DNA of 64,000 bases. It comes from Anaeramoeba ignava BMAN (lineage: Eukaryota; Protista; Anaeramoebae). The translations under genes were made by a program, and so were the position numbers. The notes beneath the pieces are model-generated. The model searched no databases. It worked only from the letters and a program-made list of their open reading frames with translations, and had not been told where the DNA came from. Shown here in pieces: positions 59,633-64,000 of the stretch (position 1 is its first letter; every line of letters begins with the position of its first letter). The stretch is taken from the NCBI GenBank assembly GCA_028826165.1, contig JAPDFW010000081.1:868001-932000 (forward strand). The letters run 5' to 3'.

Positions 59633-62600
59633 TTAGAAAAGAAAAACAAAAAGGAAACAAGCCAAAAGAAGAGTGAAAGAGAAAAGAAGAGGAGAAGCAG
59701 CAGCAGTCAATGTTTTGGCTGTGCAGAAGTAGATAGGCTCTGAACGCAAACCATAAAGTTCACCGTTTTCTGCGTATATCTGAGCAAAATAGCAAGTTTC
59801 TGGAGTGACACTATAAATGGTTACAGTAAGATCAGTACCGTTATACGCTAGATTATTATTGACTTTGAGAATATAACCAGTGATAGTTCCTTCGGGTTTT
59901 GACCAAGAGAAAGTAGCATGAAGATTAGTGACATCAGAAACATTGAAATCGATGATCATTCCTGGAGCCAAATCACCGAATTGGGTTGTGAAATTAGAAG
60001 AAGAAGACCAAAGACCTGGACCGATTGAATTGACAGCGCGGACTTGGATTGTGTAGGTAGTTCCCGATGAAAGAAGGGTCGCATTGATACTTGTTGCGAT
60101 TGAGACGATGGTGCCGATAGTAGGCAAGATGGAGATCTCATAGTAATCGACAGGTCCTGATGGGGCATTCCAAGTGATCTCAAGAGAGGAGAGAGTTTTG
60201 GATGGATTTTGGAGTGAGGTAACTTGACCGGGAATTACTGAGGCAGATTGAAGGGTTTGTTGGGAGACGGTGGATGGGTCAGAAAGACCAACAATAGTGC
60301 GTGCGGAGACGTTGAAGGTGTAGGTTGTTGATGGAGAAAGGGAGGTGGCAAGGAAGGATGTGGATGTGGATGTGAGGGTCTGCTCAACAGTAACGCCGTT
60401 GATTACTTCGATTTGATAGTCAAGAACAGGATGTTCGTATGTGTTGAGTGGAGCGTCCCAGGAAAGAAGCACCTCGATATCTGAGTAATCGACAACGTGG
60501 AGGTTCTGTGGAGAGGTTGGTGGTTGTGCACCTGATTTCATTGTGCTGAAAATGAAGCGAGAACTGAACGGAGATGTTCCTGCTGCGAGTCTGTAGTAGA
60601 TCTTGAAGTAGTATTCTGTCTCTTCTGGAAGACCGGTGAGCGCGAGTTTTGTTTCGGTGGTTGTTTGGAATGCTCCTACTGTGTCGTTGCTCTTGAGATA
60701 GAAGATGGTGTAATTCTGTACACTTGGAACTGCATCCCATCCAATCACTAATGCGGTTGAGTTGGATTGGAGAAGATTGATAGGATAAATCGGTGGGTTG
60801 ACTCCAGCATTTGTTGTTCCACTTGTGTTGTTCTTCGCTCCATTGAAGTAACCGTTGTATGCGTAAACGTAGAATTCTAGTGGAGTGTTTGCGGGAAGTC
60901 CTCCAACAGTGGCTGTCATCGAAGTGAGATTGGTGGTATTTTCAATGAGAGTCTCGAAAAGAAGTGTGTTCATGAAGTATGTCTCGATGGTGTAGTTTGT
61001 GATTGATCTTAAACCAGTGTCAGCGGGAAGATCCCATGAGAAATCGGCGGAGTACGATGTCTGGGAATCCAAAGCAAAGTTCAGTGGTGCGGTGGGTGGA
61101 TAAGGTGCCTGCTGAGTTTCGAAGGTTGTCACATAGCTGCTTGGAGTTGATTGTCCGTTTGAGCAGTTGATAACCAGATTGTATGTTGTCAAAGACAAAA
61201 GATTTGTGATGTTTGCATACAAATTCAGAGTATTGATTGAACAATTTCCTTCAAATGAGCAGTTTCCATCGCCGGCATTCCACCACAAGATTGTGTAGTT
61301 GAGTTGATTTGGATCGATTCCTCCAGTGTGATCAGGAAGACCCCACGTGATGTCGGATGCGTTGTAATACTCGATCTTCTGCACGTTTGTTACGCTTCGT
61401 GGGAGATATAACAGTTGGTGAAGTCTGGACTACTTGGGTCTCGTTGTCGCTGTAGCATCCGCCAGAAGAGCAATATGCTCCTAATTGGATCGAATATAAT
61501 GTGCCTGCAAGAAGATAAGAAATGTTGAACAATTCGGCGGTGTTGTTTGTGATGAATTCGGGAGTTGTTGTGTTCGTCTCGAAGATGTAATCAGTTGCGT
61601 TTGCTGATGTTTGTGTGATCTCGATGGATAATGAATCTGGAGAAGTTGTATCCACAGTGAAATTTGGTTTGGCAAGTTTTGTTCTATAATTTCCGCCGCT
61701 GTATATATAGCTGTTATCTTTGTTCCCGTCCATGCGGAAATAGATATCGTAATCCTGGCATCCTGTGCCTGTGTCAATCTCTATTGTCAAATTGCAGTCG
61801 CTTGTGTCCACCCAACTTGTGTCATATTTGTACGAGAATTTTTCGCATCCGCTAAGACTGTCAACTGTCAAAGTGCACACGTATCCGTTCTCTACAGGCT
61901 CGATATTCGCACCAGTAATATTCGACATGTTAGCAATCACTGTTGTTGTTGAATTGGCTCCGTTGTAAGCATATGATGGATCGCAACCTGCATCACCTGC
62001 GGCAAAGACTGTGATTGAGTATTCCACCCCACCAATAAGATCGGTGGCATTATAAGTGAGCGAATCAACAGACAAACACTCGGCGCCAAGTGACTCGTTG
62101 TAGAGGAAATAGAAGGCGACGAGACCTTCGCCAAGAGTCAGGTTATTCCAAGAGCAGTTGAATCCGAGAATGGCTCGTTCGCATGTAAGTCCTGTGATTT
62201 GTCCCATTTTCGCGGCGATTATTTCCGAATTGCTTTCAAGTCCCGCCTCGCTTTCGAGACAATCCGAGGTTGCACAATATCGTACTTTTACAGTGTAGTT
62301 TACATTTCCTGGAATATTTGAAAGTGTGCAGTCATAATCACTGGGATGTGTAACACTTGAGAAGTTTTGCCATGTAGTACCATCATCAGTTGATACAATT
62401 ACACCTTGTGCAGCTGTGTTATCTGTAACGGTGAGACTGAATTCCTCAACTCCTGAAGTCGGAGTGACAATAGTAGGTGCTTTGAGACTTGTTGTGACGG
62501 TGACTGTTGAAATACTTCCACACAATCCCGATTGATCGCAAGCAGTCACATTGACTTCGTATTGGGCATTCTCAATGGTTGCAACGAAAACAATTTGTGT

Positions 62601-64000
62601 GGATGATGATTCGTTGAAACCACTGTCGGTATCGCTGAGACAGTTGTATGTGAGGTTGTATTTGTCGAGAGTTTGTCCGCCAGTGATCGCATCAAATGTG
62701 CAGGACACATTAACAGCTTGAATAATTTGGCAATCTAAATTTTGGACTGGACCGAAACGGGTGTAAATTGATGAGATGTTTGAAAGACCTTTTTCAGTAT
62801 CTGTGCAGCCTTCTGTGGAGCAAGCCCAGACTTCGATTGTGTAATTAGAGTTTGGAACCAAGTATGTTAATGATGTTGAAGTTTGATCGTTTGTGACGTT
62901 TACAATGGATGAATTTCCTGCGCCGTTATCATAGGAAACTTGGTAAGTATAGATGTCGGTTGATTGGTCCACATTCGGCATTGTCCAACTGACGTCAATT
63001 TGACTGTCTGATGGTGAGCTTAGTTGGAGATCGCCAGGCGCATCGATGTATGTTGTGATGTCCACTTGCGAAGAAGCAGTGCCATCGACGTTGGTTGTTG
63101 TGTTATACGCATAAATCTGGATCTGATAGTCGTAATTTCCAAAGATTCCTGAGTAGTTGACTGAGCTGAAGTTCTCATAGAAGACTGAACCGCCATCGTA
63201 GACGTTGATCACCTCTGTGTAAGTTCCATTGTAAGAAATCATAAAGGCAATATCTGATGCAGTGATGTTGTCCCATGAACAAGAGAAATTGGAATACGAA
63301 GGAGTGCAGCTGAGACCAGTAACTTGTGGTGGGATTACAAGTCCATCATATACAGCAACTAATCCGTCGGCGGAGTCTTGAGGAACCGCGCCAAATACCC
63401 AATTTCCTATCACAACCGCTCCGTATCCAAGTTTTCCTGTTGCGCCTAAAGTATAGTTTTTCAGTTGAGTCTCCTCGTTCCATTGGGTATTATAATAGTA
63501 GGTGAACAAACTTCCTTGTGAACTGTTGTATCCAGGTCCTCCGATTGCCATTATATCCCCCGAAATTGCCAAACTCGATCCGAAATACAAGTATTCCTCA
63601 CTTTCTACAGGTCCTAATTCCTGCACACTGCTCCATGTCTCTGCGCTGAATCCCAAAACAAGCACTTTTCCTGCTCCAAGAAGTGAAGCTGTTGTGTTTT
63701 CATAGAACGGTGCTCCGACAATAACATTTGTGCCGTCAATCGCGACAGTTGCTCCAAAAGTGTCATTTGCTTTTCCGTTAGGATCGATAAAACTCTGGTT
63801 AACTGACCATGAGGAATCGAAGTAGTAAAACTGCACAGAACCTTGATCCGCAGCTGAGCCAGGATCGTATCCGGGAACTCCAACAACCGCCCAAGTGTCT
63901 GTTATCGCAACGCTGAATCCGAACCTTGAGTTATCATTGCTCTCATTTGTCCAGTACTCCAACTCTTCATAAGTGCCCGAATTGTTGTAAATCACAGCGA
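59633..64000 (-). CDS. Large cell-surface protein (5'-partial): FG-GAP beta-propeller + ~12 FN3 repeats + C-terminal GPI-like signal (frameshift at ~61400)
   Basis: FGFSVAI..VVGVP, FGATVAIDG..IVGAP, FGSSLAISG; many W..P..Y and L.P.T.Y FN3 motifs; ends AAASPLLFSFTLLLACFLFVFLF. Confidence 0.88.

Noticed and set aside
1-64000. Alternative genetic code or stop-codon reassignment
   Set aside because: TAA, TAG and TGA all end conserved genes at expected positions; internal breaks need a frame change, not readthrough.

Overview
Very AT-rich eukaryotic nuclear DNA: standard genetic code, GT-AG spliceosomal introns, intergenic gaps often ~90-350 bp. The NQ/NE low-complexity tracts, gene content and a Trichomonas-like TCATTT initiator suggest an anaerobic metamonad such as Anaeramoeba, but that is inference only. 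About 27 protein genes are supported: family I pyrophosphatase, two tandem triple-ubiquitin-like genes, a Ras-BTB-BTB (RhoBTB-like) gene, a divergent actin, an FN3/pseudo-PARP protein, G-alpha, FAD synthetase, YIPF1/2, an extended SDR, Rab5-like, DDX54/DBP10, a Slo/BK channel, coiled-coil and PH-like proteins, Rab32, an M1 aminopeptidase, Atg18/WIPI, an ankyrin protein, three large surface proteins, a GT61 flanked by a duplicated membrane-protein gene, NMNAT and TRM61. Main observations: (1) two genes sit between long direct duplications of neighbouring sequence, suggesting gene insertion with long target duplication; (2) long introns are filled by AT satellites that differ between introns and are almost free of AG on the sense strand, and many acceptors lack a polypyrimidine tract; (3) a strand-specific TTTCATTTT motif precedes nearly every start codon; (4) an 11-nt micro-exon encodes most of the GAMEN motif; (5) several enzymes have lost catalytic residues. 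About 13 single-base frameshifts in homopolymers are most likely long-read consensus errors. Exon boundaries were read by eye. No rRNA, tRNA, CRISPR array, transposase or intein was recognised.
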